Assembly (NCBI GenBank): GCA_031425655.1 | Contig: JANPJS010000054.1 | Location: forward strand, 1-57,781 | Length of the DNA stretch: 57,781 bases | Direction of reading: 5' to 3' | Source: Abditibacteriaceae bacterium | GTDB taxonomy: Bacteria; Armatimonadota; Abditibacteriia; Abditibacteriales; Abditibacteriaceae | Shown here: in pieces, positions 45,608-56,212 of the stretch | How positions within the stretch are numbered: the first letter of the stretch is position 1 | Layout: every line of letters starts with the position of its first letter | Notes under the pieces: generated by a model | The model's input: only the letters and a program-made list of their open reading frames with translations | The model's database searches: none | What the model was told of the DNA's origin: nothing | Position numbers and translations under genes: made by a program

Positions 45608-48600
45608 ATGACAAAAACTCCCAACACTTCGCTTAAATATTCTTTGCGCCTTCTGGCCATGCCTTTCGTTCTCTCCAGCCTGCCGCTTGTGGCTTGGGCA
45701 GCCGATCCACCACAACCAGAGGCTAAAACCATCGTGACACTCCCCGAAACAGAAAACACGGCAGCGCGCAAAGCAGCCTTCGACAAAAGAAACTCTCCCG
45801 CCAACCTTGAGACATTGGGAGCCGACTTTCTATCGCGCACCTACATCCCAACCTGGCATCCGCACGAGTTCAATAAGCCGGGCGGCTGGGAGACTCTCAA
45901 GGAAGTTCGGGCACGCATAGACCGCAAGGAATTCGCGGGTGGTCTCGAACTCTTCAAGAATTACACGATGGAGAAGTTCCGCAGTATTGATACTGCCGGT
46001 GGCATTCCGCGCGGACGCTTCGATCCATTTTCCACGGGAGTCGTGGGATTGCAATGGATTCGGCCCCTTCTTGAAAGCAAACAAAAGAACGACATCATCA
46101 AGCAGGCGCAGGAAATGATGACGGGCGTCATCACGGTCAACGGCAAGCGCCTAAACGTCGGCGAGCCGGGAACTGTGAACTGGAAAGCGGTTATGGCTGC
46201 GTCCGATAATCGTTCAGCAGGCTTTGATTTGGAAGCTTTTTATCCTCTGATGGCCGCTTATATTTTCACTGGCGAGCAGCTTTATATGGATAAATGGGCG
46301 GCTTATGCCGATGATTGGGCCATGAATCAGAATCAGGGCATGGCTGTGACCAACATCGCCGATTTCCCCGACCAGTGGATCAATGGCGTGGAGAAGATGC
46401 TCGATCTGCTGCGCTATTTAGGTGGCGTTGCGGCTTTGCCTAATGGCGCCGCCAGCGTGCCTTCGCCCACCTTAGCGCGCGTTTTTTCGCGCTTGATAGA
46501 TGATTTCATGCCGATCAGCATTATTTATCACCGCTCCAATCCCCAGAATTGGAACGACGCCAGCTTGCCTGCGATGGCGGACGTGGGCTTCTTTATGGAG
46601 GATTACCCGATTGGACGCCAGCTTGTTCAGGAAGCGCGGCGGCGCTTGGATTTGTTGGCCTCCACCCATCATTTGCTTGACGGCACCGAGATGGACACCA
46701 CGGTGGGTTATTCCAATTTGTATATCATCGGCGCCGGCACTTTTCTCAATAGAATTGATACGCGCCAGAGTGTTATTCCCGAATGGATGCTGACGAAATG
46801 GGAAAAGGAAGACTGGCGCTTCAATCCCAACATCGGCCAATGGCAGCAAACTATTCGTGCCGAAATGCTGAAGCGCGGACGTTCTCTCGTCGCTCATATG
46901 CTTGCCAACGGCGAATGGCCGATAGGCGGAACCCGTAACTCGCGCCACAACGAGTCGCAGCGTATGTATAGTGTTCTGCGCTACTTTCTGCCGGACGCCT
47001 TTCAAAACCCGGATATTGCCAATATCATGGCGATTAGCTCCGGTCGGCGCGCGGGCGGCACTCCGTCCTTCACTTCCGAGCGATTTCCTTATGGTGGGCA
47101 CGCCTACATCCGCGCCGGATGGGATGCCAACGATCCTTATCTGTATATGTATGCCGCTCCGTATCCTTTGAGCGGCTCGCTGAGCGTGCGAAACAACAAC
47201 GCCATCGGTATCGGCGCTTACGGTTACGACCTGATTGAAACCGGCGAAAACGGCGTTTACGACCAGCCGCACACGCCGGTGAAAGTGGACGGACTGGATC
47301 AGCATTATCCCTTTGGCGTTCTGGCGTGGGGCCATCGCGGACAAATGCTGACGACCAGCGGCTACAATTCGGCTCCCAATTGGCGCTGGCACGCATCCTC
47401 ACAGTTTAATGTGGCCGAAGGCGTTTATGCCGGTAACTTCGGCAAAGAAAAGAAGCTCGATGATGTCAATCATCAGCGCATGGTGCAATATGTGCGCGGC
47501 GCCGGCGTGTGGATCATCACCGACCGCCTGAAAAGCCCGCAATCGCACAATTACACCCTGAACTGGCGTTTTGGTGTCAAACCGGGCCATGAAAAGGACT
47601 TCACAGCCGATCAAATCACTTTTCAGCCCGCCCAAAACACTATCAAGACGGTGCGGCCCGGCGGCGCTAACGTGTCGCTGTATCAGTTCCCATCGTCGCC
47701 TCTGACAATGACGACAGCCGAGGAGCGCACGCCGCCGCAGGGCTACCGTTTGCACGACTTCGTGCGTATCAGCAACGATTGGAAAGCGCAGGGCGAAAGC
47801 GTGGTTGTAACCGCAATTTACCCGCGCAAAACGCAGGAAGAAGAGCTAACGAGCATCAAACCGCTGAACGCTGCCGGAGCGCAGGGCTTCGAGGCCACAA
47901 CCCCGAAGGGCACTCATGTGATGTATCAAGCGGCGACAGTCGCGCCCGGCGTCTTAAAAGTCGCGGGGCTGAGTGCCGGCGGCGAGTCTTTGTTGCTCAC
48001 CATTGAGGCCGATGGCACGAAGCGCGGCGTTGTTTTGGGCTGTAAGTCGCTTCTCATCGCGGGCAAGCCGATGGCTATTCCGTCTGCTGATTTCGAGTTT
48101 GAAATCGTGGGCGCAACTCTCAAAACTACCAACATTTACACGCCGTTGCAGCCTGTCACGATCTCTCCTGCGGACACGACGGCTTTCGTGGGAAAACAGG
48201 TTGTGACACTCGCCGGTGCCACGCCGAAAAGTGAGATTCGCTACACGCTCGACGGCAGCGATCCGACGCCCGACTCGGCCCTTTACACGGCTCCCATTAC
48301 CCTGACGGCGACCACGACGGTCAAAGCGCGCAGTTTGCGTCCCGGCACGAAAGTGCTGCCCACGACCATGAGCGGCACGACGGCCTCCATCGTAACCGAA
48401 GCGTTATACGACGCGGCGCCTCTGGCTAAAGCGGTTGACGCTCCGGCCACAGCTCCCGGCTTGCGCTACGATTACTACGAAGGGCGGTGGCAGGATTTGC
48501 TTTCCGGGCTGGATCGCATGAAACCTGTGAAAAGCGGTCAGGTGGAAAAGCTGTTCGACATCTCGGCCAAAGGTGCCGCCCCGACTTACGCTTTCAAGTA

Positions 48601-48952
48601 TTCGGGCTACTTTGAGGCTCCCGCTGACGGCATCTACAACTTCACTGCTCCGCCCGAATTTTACGAGCCGAGTATCATGGCCGGTTACGAACTGCGCTTG
48701 TCATTGGACGGCAAAGAGTGGTATCCCACAACCAGCCGCCACGCTCTTGGTGTCTGGTCGGTTGGGCTGGCTAAAGGCAAGCACCTCTTCTCGGTCTTAT
48801 TCGCTGACCTGCGCGCCGACGGTGTGCAGAAAATGAACAAGCCGAACCTAAAACCCGCTGTCTGGGAAGGCACCGTGCCCGACGTGCAGATGTCGGGGCC
48901 GGGCTTACCTAAAGGCGCCATTCCGCAAGGGCTTCTTTCCAGCGTGAAATGA
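45608..48952 (+). CDS. Secreted heparinase II/III-like protein with Fn3-associated and PA14-like domains
   Basis: Signal peptide, 'FPYGG..YIR.GW...D.Y', 'HQR.V.Y....WIITD', 'IRYTLDGSDPT..S..Y..PI', 'GLRYDYYEG...YSGY..AP.DG.Y.F'. Confidence 0.7.
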   Translation: MTKTPNTSLKYSLRLLAMPFVLSSLPLVAWAADPPQPEAKTIVTLPETENTAARKAAFDKRNSPANLETLGADFLSRTYIPTWHPHEFNKPGGWETLKEVRARIDRKEFAGGLELFKNYTMEKFRSIDTAGGIPRGRFDPFSTGVVGLQWIRPLLESKQKNDIIKQAQEMMTGVITVNGKRLNVGEPGTVNWKAVMAASDNRSAGFDLEAFYPLMAAYIFTGEQLYMDKWAAYADDWAMNQNQGMAVTNIADFPDQWINGVEKMLDLLRYLGGVAALPNGAASVPSPTLARVFSRLIDDFMPISIIYHRSNPQNWNDASLPAMADVGFFMEDYPIGRQLVQEARRRLDLLASTHHLLDGTEMDTTVGYSNLYIIGAGTFLNRIDTRQSVIPEWMLTKWEKEDWRFNPNIGQWQQTIRAEMLKRGRSLVAHMLANGEWPIGGTRNSRHNESQRMYSVLRYFLPDAFQNPDIANIMAISSGRRAGGTPSFTSERFPYGGHAYIRAGWDANDPYLYMYAAPYPLSGSLSVRNNNAIGIGAYGYDLIETGENGVYDQPHTPVKVDGLDQHYPFGVLAWGHRGQMLTTSGYNSAPNWRWHASSQFNVAEGVYAGNFGKEKKLDDVNHQRMVQYVRGAGVWIITDRLKSPQSHNYTLNWRFGVKPGHEKDFTADQITFQPAQNTIKTVRPGGANVSLYQFPSSPLTMTTAEERTPPQGYRLHDFVRISNDWKAQGESVVVTAIYPRKTQEEELTSIKPLNAAGAQGFEATTPKGTHVMYQAATVAPGVLKVAGLSAGGESLLLTIEADGTKRGVVLGCKSLLIAGKPMAIPSADFEFEIVGATLKTTNIYTPLQPVTISPADTTAFVGKQVVTLAGATPKSEIRYTLDGSDPTPDSALYTAPITLTATTTVKARSLRPGTKVLPTTMSGTTASIVTEALYDAAPLAKAVDAPATAPGLRYDYYEGRWQDLLSGLDRMKPVKSGQVEKLFDISAKGAAPTYAFKYSGYFEAPADGIYNFTAPPEFYEPSIMAGYELRLSLDGKEWYPTTSRHALGVWSVGLAKGKHLFSVLFADLRADGVQKMNKPNLKPAVWEGTVPDVQMSGPGLPKGAIPQGLLSSVK

Positions 48953-49046
48953 TGTGCAGCGGAGCCTTAGATTCGTTTTAGCTGTGCAGGAGTGCGGTCA
49001 GGGCAAGTTCCGTAAAACACCGAAAATTTCTAATGCGATTGCCCTG

Positions 49047-49079
49047 GGAGTGCGGTTGATTTCGACCGCACTCCGTTTT
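49047..49079 (+). terminator. Probable intrinsic terminator
   Basis: GGAGTGCGGT/ACCGCACTCC followed by GTTTT. Confidence 0.55.
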
Positions 49080-49121
49080 ACTTTTTGCTCAATACTTTAG
49101 CCGCCACGCGCTTCTTGAATT

Positions 49122-50252
49122 ATGTCTACTTCCAGTTCACTCCATCCTGTCGCCGATCAAGCCGCCACTCTGCAACACAATCTGATTGGCATACCGTCGA
49201 GCAACATCATTGAGGGCACCCCGGCGCACCCTGACACGCGCTGGTTCGACGGCGCCGGTTTGGGTTTATTCATTCATTGGGGCATTTCCAGCGTGCATGG
49301 AGCGACTGACCTCTCGTGGGGCATGATTAAGGACACGCCGTGGAATTCCGGCAGCGAAATCAGCCGCGACATCACGCCGCAGGATTATTACACGCTGGCC
49401 GACCGTTTCGACCCGCAAAATTATCATCCGCAACGATGGCTCGCTGCCGCAAAAGCCGCCGGTGCGACTTACGCAGTCCTCACGACCAAGCACCATGACG
49501 GCTATACCCTGTGGCCGAGCGAAAGCGGCGAAATCGGTGTGCAAACTTACCTGAAGGGACGCGATCTCGTCGCTCCTTTCGTCGAAGCCTGCCGTGAAGT
49601 TGGATTGAAGGTCGGTCTTTACTACTCGCCGCCAGACTGGTATTTTTCGCGGCAACATATGTCGTTTGAATACAACAGTTTTGCGGCAATCGAAGAGTGG
49701 CGGCGCGACGGCGGTCAGCGCCCTTGTGTCCAGGCCTTCGACATGGCCCACCAGCCTTACGAACCGGCACCATATCCAGCCGATTTTGAAGAGCAACTCG
49801 CAGATCATGTGCGAATCCAGGTCGAGGAACTACTCACCCGCTACGGCCAAATTGACGTGCTCTGGTTTGATGGCCGTCCGTATCCCTTCGAGACGCCGGG
49901 AGCGATCATTATCGAACGAATCCGCGAGCTTCAGCCGGCGATGCTGGTCAATCCGCGCCTTTTACGCGAGGGCGACTTTGAAACCTTCGAGTGCCGTATG
50001 CCGACTGAGCAACCCTCTGGCCGGTGGGAATACAACGATACCATCAGCGATTGTCGCCCCAAAAACAGCGGTTGGGGCTATCACGAAAACGGTGTCTATG
50101 AGACGGCGGATATGGTGCGCGGCAAGTTGAAGAAGGTGCGCGACTGGGGAGGAAATTACCTCGCCAACTGTGGACTGCGCTCCGATGGCGAAATGCCGCT
50201 GGAATATTACGAACTGATGAAGACATTAGCCGAGGAAGGTCTGGTTCTTTAG
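49122..50252 (+). CDS. Alpha-L-fucosidase (GH29), no signal peptide
   Basis: 'GLFIHWG', 'TTKHHDGY.LW', 'GLYYSP.DW', 'LWFDG'. Confidence 0.9.
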   Translation: MSTSSSLHPVADQAATLQHNLIGIPSSNIIEGTPAHPDTRWFDGAGLGLFIHWGISSVHGATDLSWGMIKDTPWNSGSEISRDITPQDYYTLADRFDPQNYHPQRWLAAAKAAGATYAVLTTKHHDGYTLWPSESGEIGVQTYLKGRDLVAPFVEACREVGLKVGLYYSPPDWYFSRQHMSFEYNSFAAIEEWRRDGGQRPCVQAFDMAHQPYEPAPYPADFEEQLADHVRIQVEELLTRYGQIDVLWFDGRPYPFETPGAIIIERIRELQPAMLVNPRLLREGDFETFECRMPTEQPSGRWEYNDTISDCRPKNSGWGYHENGVYETADMVRGKLKKVRDWGGNYLANCGLRSDGEMPLEYYELMKTLAEEGLVL

Positions 50253-50284
50253 AACCTTTCGGGCAATGATTGGATGGATAGATT

Positions 50285-51550
50285 ATGAGACTGAAACTTT
50301 CGTTTTTCCTTGCTGCGACGACGTTGTGGTTGAATTGGATGCCGTTGGCAACCGCTCAGGAGAAGCCTCCTTTAACCGTGGAAACGACACCTGCAAATCC
50401 GGTTACGATTCCAGTTGATTCCCCGGCTTTTGTTTTTTCGCCCGGCAATTGGACAGGTGATAACGGGCGAGGCGGCTCTTTGTATCGGCAAACCTGGAAT
50501 CCGGGCGCTTATTTTCGTGTCTCATGGTCAAGCACGAGCGCCAACCCGACCGCCTCGCTTTTGCTGGACACGTCGAGCTATGACGGCACCTTCGGGCCGC
50601 CTGAACTCACTTACAATATTGATGGGCTTTGGACGGCCAACGTCGCCGCGAAAAAAGAGATAAACATCGCCAAGTTAGCGGGTGCGGGGAATCATGTCCT
50701 CACCGTTTACTTCACGACTTCGGAGCAGCGCGAACGGTGGGGGTCTCCGGGGAAGAGTGGGAAAAATGTGCTGCGCGTTGCAGGGCTAAAGACCGACGCC
50801 GGTGCGAAGGCAGGAACAGCAGTTTCCGGCTCGAAGTGGATGCTGGAGATTGGCGACAGCATTACCGAAGGCAGTGGAGCCGGCGAAGGACGCTCGGATA
50901 ACCTTTCCTCTTATTCTTATTTCGTGGGACAAGCCATGCAAACTCAGGGCTTTGAATATGGAGTGAGCGCCTGCGGTTGGAGCGGCTGGCTGCGGCGCGG
51001 CGATAATCCGCCCGGCGACGTTCCGGCCTATTACGCCGTGAGCGGCTCCACGAACGGATCGGGCGGCGTTTACGATGACGGTGCGAGCCGTTGGAACAAG
51101 CTCGACGGCAATAACCACAGCCTTCTCGACAAACAAGGGCACCTCAGCGCCTACGGCGAGACCGGCCAGGAGCCGGCCATTATCACCATCAATTACGGCA
51201 CGAACGACGACTTCATGAAATCGAACGTCAGCGACGTGCAAGCGAGTATCACGCAATGCTTAGCGGCACTGCGTCGCGCCGCTCCTGATGCATATATTTT
51301 TGTGATGATCCCCTTTGAACAGTTTGAAGTGCCTCAAATAAAAGCCGGCGTCCTCGCGCATCAAGTGGCGCATCCGCAAGACCGCAAAGTCAGGATTATT
51401 GATCTCGGAAAATCCGTGGGACGGTCGCTGGATGATAACGGATACTGGGGCGGCGTCCACCCCAATATGCGAGGACACGCCGTTTTTGCCGCGCGTATTG
51501 TAGCCGAAATTCAGGCAGCGCTGAGGGATACGCCTGTGCCGTTCCAATAA
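50285..51550 (+). CDS. SGNH/GDSL hydrolase (carbohydrate esterase-like), secreted
   Basis: 'GDSITEG', 'NYGTND', 'VHPN..GH'. Confidence 0.82.
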   Translation: MRLKLSFFLAATTLWLNWMPLATAQEKPPLTVETTPANPVTIPVDSPAFVFSPGNWTGDNGRGGSLYRQTWNPGAYFRVSWSSTSANPTASLLLDTSSYDGTFGPPELTYNIDGLWTANVAAKKEINIAKLAGAGNHVLTVYFTTSEQRERWGSPGKSGKNVLRVAGLKTDAGAKAGTAVSGSKWMLEIGDSITEGSGAGEGRSDNLSSYSYFVGQAMQTQGFEYGVSACGWSGWLRRGDNPPGDVPAYYAVSGSTNGSGGVYDDGASRWNKLDGNNHSLLDKQGHLSAYGETGQEPAIITINYGTNDDFMKSNVSDVQASITQCLAALRRAAPDAYIFVMIPFEQFEVPQIKAGVLAHQVAHPQDRKVRIIDLGKSVGRSLDDNGYWGGVHPNMRGHAVFAARIVAEIQAALRDTPVPFQ

Positions 51551-51851
51551 GAGAGTGTTGCGTCCAGTCCCCCTTTCTGGAGTCCCGGCATCAAGGCGGA
51601 CTTCCCTCGCTCTTGCTAATGTGGACATTTAGGTAGGTAACCAATGGCGGGAGTTTTCTCATTCTGGGCCATCAATGCCCCGACACTTGCAAAAGTGGTT
51701 TCTCGACCGCCCGAAACCGCAGATTCTGACGACAAATCCGTCGGTTATTAACGTTTCTCAGTGGCCACAAGGCTACTTTTGGGCCTGACAGGGCATTGAT
51801 GGTCTCGGTTTTCAATCCCCTACCATTGGTTATATAAAATCTCGTTTTCGG

Positions 51852-53066
51852 TTACTTCTGCGTGAAGGAGAACACGCCTTTCTTGTTGGCCACGATGACG
51901 TCAGGCTTGCCGTCCTTGTTGATGTCGCCCGTAGTGACCTGCGTGCCCACGCCGCTGTCGTCATCAATGAGATGCGGGATGAACTCCGCGCTACCTTTGC
52001 CATCGCGCTTGAGTTGAAACCAATAAAGCACCGGCGCGGCGGCTGGTTCCGCGTCCGCCCCAGGGCCATGCGCCCAACGGCGCTTGCCGGTAACAATATC
52101 CAACACACCGTCGCCGTCCATATCAGTCATGCGAATCGCGTGGAGTTGGCTGAATTTCACGCCTTGCTTGTTTTCCTCATTCGTGTTGCCCATGATTTTG
52201 TGTTCGGCGAAGCTGCCGTCCGCTTTTTGCTCGAACCATCCGAGGCCGTAGCCGTGGGCATCGTAACTGGTGATGACATCGTTGCGCCCGTCCCCGTTCA
52301 CGTCATAGACATACATCTGCGCGCCGCCGCGAGCGCCGGCGGGGCCAAAGGGGCCGGCATGAAAGACCCAGTCTTTGTCTTCTTTGGTATCGGCAGGCTG
52401 CTCGAACCAGCCTTCCTTGACAAGAATATCCACGCGGCCATCGCCATTGACATCGCCCGCGCCGTAGCCGTGGGTGTAGCGGAAGTATTTCGCATCGTTC
52501 GCCGGCGACTTGGGCGTGATGGGACGAAAGCGCGCTTTGCCCAGAGGATTGGCCCAATCAATTTCCGCGTAGCCGAGTTGACCGCGTGAATGCAGCAGCA
52601 ACTCCGGCTTGCCGTCGCCGTTGATGTCCTTCAAGTCCGGCGATTCGTTGTCGGCCACGTCGAAGATCGCGTGCTTCGCCCAATCGCCGGTTTTGCCTGC
52701 CGGATTGATAAAAAGGTTCGCCGGTTCGCCGGGCAGGCCATAAACCAGAATGTCGGCCCAAGTGTCGCCGTTGAAGTCGTGCGTGTAGGCTAAAAAGTAG
52801 TCGGAGTAGCCTTTAGCCGCATCATAGGGCGTTTTGGACGGGCCACCGGCATTGACACTCGGCGGCGTGAAATTCGCGCGCCGGGCGAAATCCGGCCCAT
52901 ACCAGATAAAGCAGCCTGCGGTGATGTCCGTGTGGCCGTCATGATCGAAGTCCGCCATGTGACAGCCCTCGGCCACGAATTCGGTGGTCAGGACTTGCTT
53001 TTGGAAAGTGGCGCCGTGCAGTGGCAGAGCCGCCAGAACGCTGAGAAGGAAGGGAGTGGTTTTCAT
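51852..53066 (-). CDS. FG-GAP/VCBS repeat protein, secreted
   Basis: Repeated 'D.NGDG..D' motifs and a signal peptide. Confidence 0.88.
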   Translation of the reverse strand: MKTTPFLLSVLAALPLHGATFQKQVLTTEFVAEGCHMADFDHDGHTDITAGCFIWYGPDFARRANFTPPSVNAGGPSKTPYDAAKGYSDYFLAYTHDFNGDTWADILVYGLPGEPANLFINPAGKTGDWAKHAIFDVADNESPDLKDINGDGKPELLLHSRGQLGYAEIDWANPLGKARFRPITPKSPANDAKYFRYTHGYGAGDVNGDGRVDILVKEGWFEQPADTKEDKDWVFHAGPFGPAGARGGAQMYVYDVNGDGRNDVITSYDAHGYGLGWFEQKADGSFAEHKIMGNTNEENKQGVKFSQLHAIRMTDMDGDGVLDIVTGKRRWAHGPGADAEPAAAPVLYWFQLKRDGKGSAEFIPHLIDDDSGVGTQVTTGDINKDGKPDVIVANKKGVFSFTQK

Positions 53067-53164
53067 GATGATTGGGGTTGTGGGTCTCGGAAAAATTGTA
53101 TCAATAATTTGAGGACTTTGTGAGGCATCCTTTCTTTAAAAGCCCTTTTTCATAAGTCAGAAGA

Positions 53165-53223
53165 TTTGGAGTGCGGCGACTTGTCGCCTCGTTAAAAGCG
53201 AGAACAAGTTCTCGCACTCCAAA
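53165..53223. repeat. REP-like hairpin (TTTGGAGTGCG...CGCACTCCAAA)
   Basis: Terminal 11-bp inverted repeat with two internal hairpins. Confidence 0.7.
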
Positions 53224-53248
53224 AATTCGACTTTTAAAAGAAATCTAA

Positions 53249-53452
53249 GAAACTGTCTGAGAATAGCTATCAATCCTGAGTTGAGCCGCTTTCAATAGGA
53301 CGCGGGGCTTCGCCTCGCGGATTTCATGCGCGGATTTTCGCTGATTTCTTTCGGTAAAACCGCGAAAATCAAAGCCGTTTCCGCGTAGCGAAGCTCCGCG
53401 TCCTATTGAAAAGTCTTCGGTTTGAGGCTTTGACGAATTCTCAGACAGCTTC
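53249..53452. mobile_element. MITE with 16-bp TIRs and TAA target duplication
   Basis: TAA-GAAACTGTCTGAGAAT...ATTCTCAGACAGCTTC-TAA; carries the family B module. Confidence 0.75.
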
Positions 53453-53508
53453 TAAAGAAGACGATTAAAGATTTCAGTGCCCACTCTCGTTAGGAAAGCC
53501 GAATACCC

Positions 53509-55968
53509 TCACTTGTTGCGAAAAATTTCGCTTTGCACCAAGTTATGAATCAGACTGCGCAGGCCGTAGTCGCCGGGCGCGGATTGCTTGACAATCTCTG
53601 CGATGGCCGGCTCATCGAGCCGGCCTGCCGGCGCGCCGGTGGCGTAAGTAACCAAGTGCCTTGCAACGCCGGTGGCCAGCATTTCGGGCCGTTTCGCCAT
53701 CAATTGACGCAACGCCTTCACTCCGCTGAATTCCGCTCCGTCCGGCGTTTTTCCGGTGCAGTCCACGGGCGGGCCGTCCTTCCAACGCTGAGCGCCCTTT
53801 GTCTTAGCTTCCGGGTCGGGCGTGCGGTAATTGGTGCGAAAGGCGCCGGTCACATCGAAACTTTCCAGTGCGAAGCCGTAAGGGTCGAAGCGCGCATGGC
53901 AGCTTGCGCACGAGCCTTTGCTGCTGTGCAAAGCCAGTTGTTCGCGCAGCGTTTTGGCGCCGCGCGTGTCGGGGTCAATCGGTTCGACGCCCGGCGGAGG
54001 CGGCGGAATGTGAATGCCAAGCAGCCGTTCCGAGACCCAAACGCCGCGCTTGACCGGCGATGTGCCGGTGCCGTTGGCGGTCACTTTCATGGGCGCCGAT
54101 TGCGTCCAGAAACCGCCGTAGGGCGTATCGGCGGGAAGCGCGACTTCCTGCAACGCAAAACCGCTCTGTGCCGGAAGTTTGTAGTGTTCGGCCAAACGTT
54201 CGTTGAGTAGCGCCCATTTCGGCGCAATGAAATCCCGCACGCTGAGGTCTTTGTCCAGGATGCGGCGGAAAGTGGCCTGCGTTTCCATCACGCTGGAAAT
54301 TTTCAGCAACTCGCCGTATTCGGGGTAAAGGTTGGAATCGGGCGTGGTGTCGTTAATCATGCGCAGGCCCAACCATTGATCCACAAAATCCTTGACGAAA
54401 CGCTCGGATTTCGCATCTTTGAGCAGCCTTTCGGTCTGCTCGCGCAATACCTTTTCGTCCGAGAGGCGTCCTTGCCGCGCGGCGGCGAGTAGTTCTTCGT
54501 CGGGCGTTGAGTTCCACAAGAAATAAGCCAGCCGCGAAGCAAGGGCGAAGTCGTTCAATTTCCCCGGCTGCTCGATAACGCAGAGGAAATCCGGGGCGGT
54601 CATCAAGGCCGTTACTTCGTCGCGGATAGCCGTATTCAGGGTGCTGTCGGCGTCTATTTTTGCGGCGATATTAGCGAGGATTTTCGTCAGTTCCGCTTCG
54701 CTGAGGTCGCGCCGGAAGAAGCGGGCGCCGAGGCGCGCGAAGGTAGCGCGCATCGCCGCTAAAAACTCCTCGCGCGCGATTTTCGAGGCCTTCAATGTGG
54801 TGCCGCGCCGCACCTCCTCCTGCATCGCGGGCGGCATATCGGCGCCGAGCCAGCGGTCGCCGAGCAGCGGCTGTTCCGGCTCTTCGACATCCATCCATTG
54901 CACGGCTAAGCCGGGGCCTTTGCACTGGCTGGCCTGCGAATTTTTCGGCACCTGCACGCCCAGGCCGAAGGGAATCAGGCGCATTCCGTCGCCGGTGGGA
55001 AGGTCGCTGTCGCGCCCGGTTCTCAGGTAAATGTCGGCTTCCACAATCGTCGGCTTGCCGGGCGGCGCCTCCAAAACTTTCAGCAATTCAATGATTTGCG
55101 GATAAGCCGCGACATGGCCCGCATAGATTCCAAAAGCAATCGGCTTGTCGGATTGATAAGCGTAAACCGACATCCGCAGGCGATGCATTCCCGGTAGGCG
55201 CGGCCCCGACGAACCGGTAAATTTTCCTTCAGCCGATTTGGTGCGCAACGGCCCCGACGTGGTGTCGGAGTTGAAGGACACCATGGTGCCGTCTTCCAAT
55301 TCCAGAATGTGCCCTTTCGATTGCTCGCTGGGATGCGCCCACAATCGGAACGTGCGCTCCGTTGGTTTGACGGGATTCAGCATCCGGCCCAGAATGTCTT
55401 CGGCGATTTTAACGTAACCGGCGGCGCCAACCGGCGACATCGGCAGCGCGGCGCTGACTTTGTCGTAGCCATCCACGCGGCCATCTCCCGGCAAATCGCG
55501 GACGACCGGCGGGCGAATACCCAGCAAATCTGTGACGGTGTTGGCGTATTCCATCCGGCTCAGGCGACGGAATTTGCTGCGGCCTTCCTTTTGTTGAGCG
55601 CCGGCCAGCAAACGCGTCAAATCGCCGTTAATCCAGCCCGAAATCGCCGCGCGTTCCGCCGGGGTCAGCGGTTTTTCGCCTTCCGGCGGCATGGCGCCGG
55701 ATTCGACTTGTTCCTGCACGCGAAACCACAAATCCGACTCGGCCCTCAATCGCTCCAACGTGCGCGGGCCGACAAGATTCAGCTTGGCCTTTGGCTTCTC
55801 GGCGCCGTGGCATTTGGCGCAACGCGCCGAAATGACCGGCTGCACCCGCGACTTGAAAACCACGGCGGCATCGTCGGCGGCGGACGCCGGAACGATTTGG
55901 ACGACGGCCCAAAGGTTAATCGCCCACGCCGCAGAGCGAATTCCGGAAAACGAACGAGTAGAAAACAT
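53509..55968 (-). CDS. DUF1592 (PSD) planctomycete-type cytochrome c domain protein
   Basis: 'CAKCH', 'GAMPP', 'RRLS..EYAN', 'LAYFLWNS.PD', 'TSPV.RG.W', 'CASCH'. Confidence 0.9.
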   Translation of the reverse strand: MFSTRSFSGIRSAAWAINLWAVVQIVPASAADDAAVVFKSRVQPVISARCAKCHGAEKPKAKLNLVGPRTLERLRAESDLWFRVQEQVESGAMPPEGEKPLTPAERAAISGWINGDLTRLLAGAQQKEGRSKFRRLSRMEYANTVTDLLGIRPPVVRDLPGDGRVDGYDKVSAALPMSPVGAAGYVKIAEDILGRMLNPVKPTERTFRLWAHPSEQSKGHILELEDGTMVSFNSDTTSGPLRTKSAEGKFTGSSGPRLPGMHRLRMSVYAYQSDKPIAFGIYAGHVAAYPQIIELLKVLEAPPGKPTIVEADIYLRTGRDSDLPTGDGMRLIPFGLGVQVPKNSQASQCKGPGLAVQWMDVEEPEQPLLGDRWLGADMPPAMQEEVRRGTTLKASKIAREEFLAAMRATFARLGARFFRRDLSEAELTKILANIAAKIDADSTLNTAIRDEVTALMTAPDFLCVIEQPGKLNDFALASRLAYFLWNSTPDEELLAAARQGRLSDEKVLREQTERLLKDAKSERFVKDFVDQWLGLRMINDTTPDSNLYPEYGELLKISSVMETQATFRRILDKDLSVRDFIAPKWALLNERLAEHYKLPAQSGFALQEVALPADTPYGGFWTQSAPMKVTANGTGTSPVKRGVWVSERLLGIHIPPPPPGVEPIDPDTRGAKTLREQLALHSSKGSCASCHARFDPYGFALESFDVTGAFRTNYRTPDPEAKTKGAQRWKDGPPVDCTGKTPDGAEFSGVKALRQLMAKRPEMLATGVARHLVTYATGAPAGRLDEPAIAEIVKQSAPGDYGLRSLIHNLVQSEIFRNK

Positions 55969-55994
55969 TGATTTTTCTCGAAGCAGGACGTTAA

Positions 55995-56212
55995 GAAGCT
56001 GTCTCAGAATTCGTCAAAGCCTCAAACCGAAGATTTTTCAATAGGACGCGGAGCTTCGCTGCGCGGACGTTGTGCGCGGATTTTCGCTGTTTTTTTCGTT
56101 AAAACCGCGCCTTCAAAGCCATTTCGGGCGCCCTCTGGGCAGGAAAGCGAAGCTCCGCGTCCTATTAAAAAGCGCCTCAACTCAGGATTAATGACTATTC
56201 TCAGACTGCTTC
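55995..56212. mobile_element. MITE, second copy (outer part inverted), TAA target duplication
   Basis: TAA-GAAGCTGTCTCAGAAT...ATTCTCAGACTGCTTC-TAA. Confidence 0.75.

Noticed and set aside
52540..52555. Third copy of the 15-nt micro-insertion (CCCAGAGG)
   Set aside because: Only 8 nt match, and the site lies in normal coding context.
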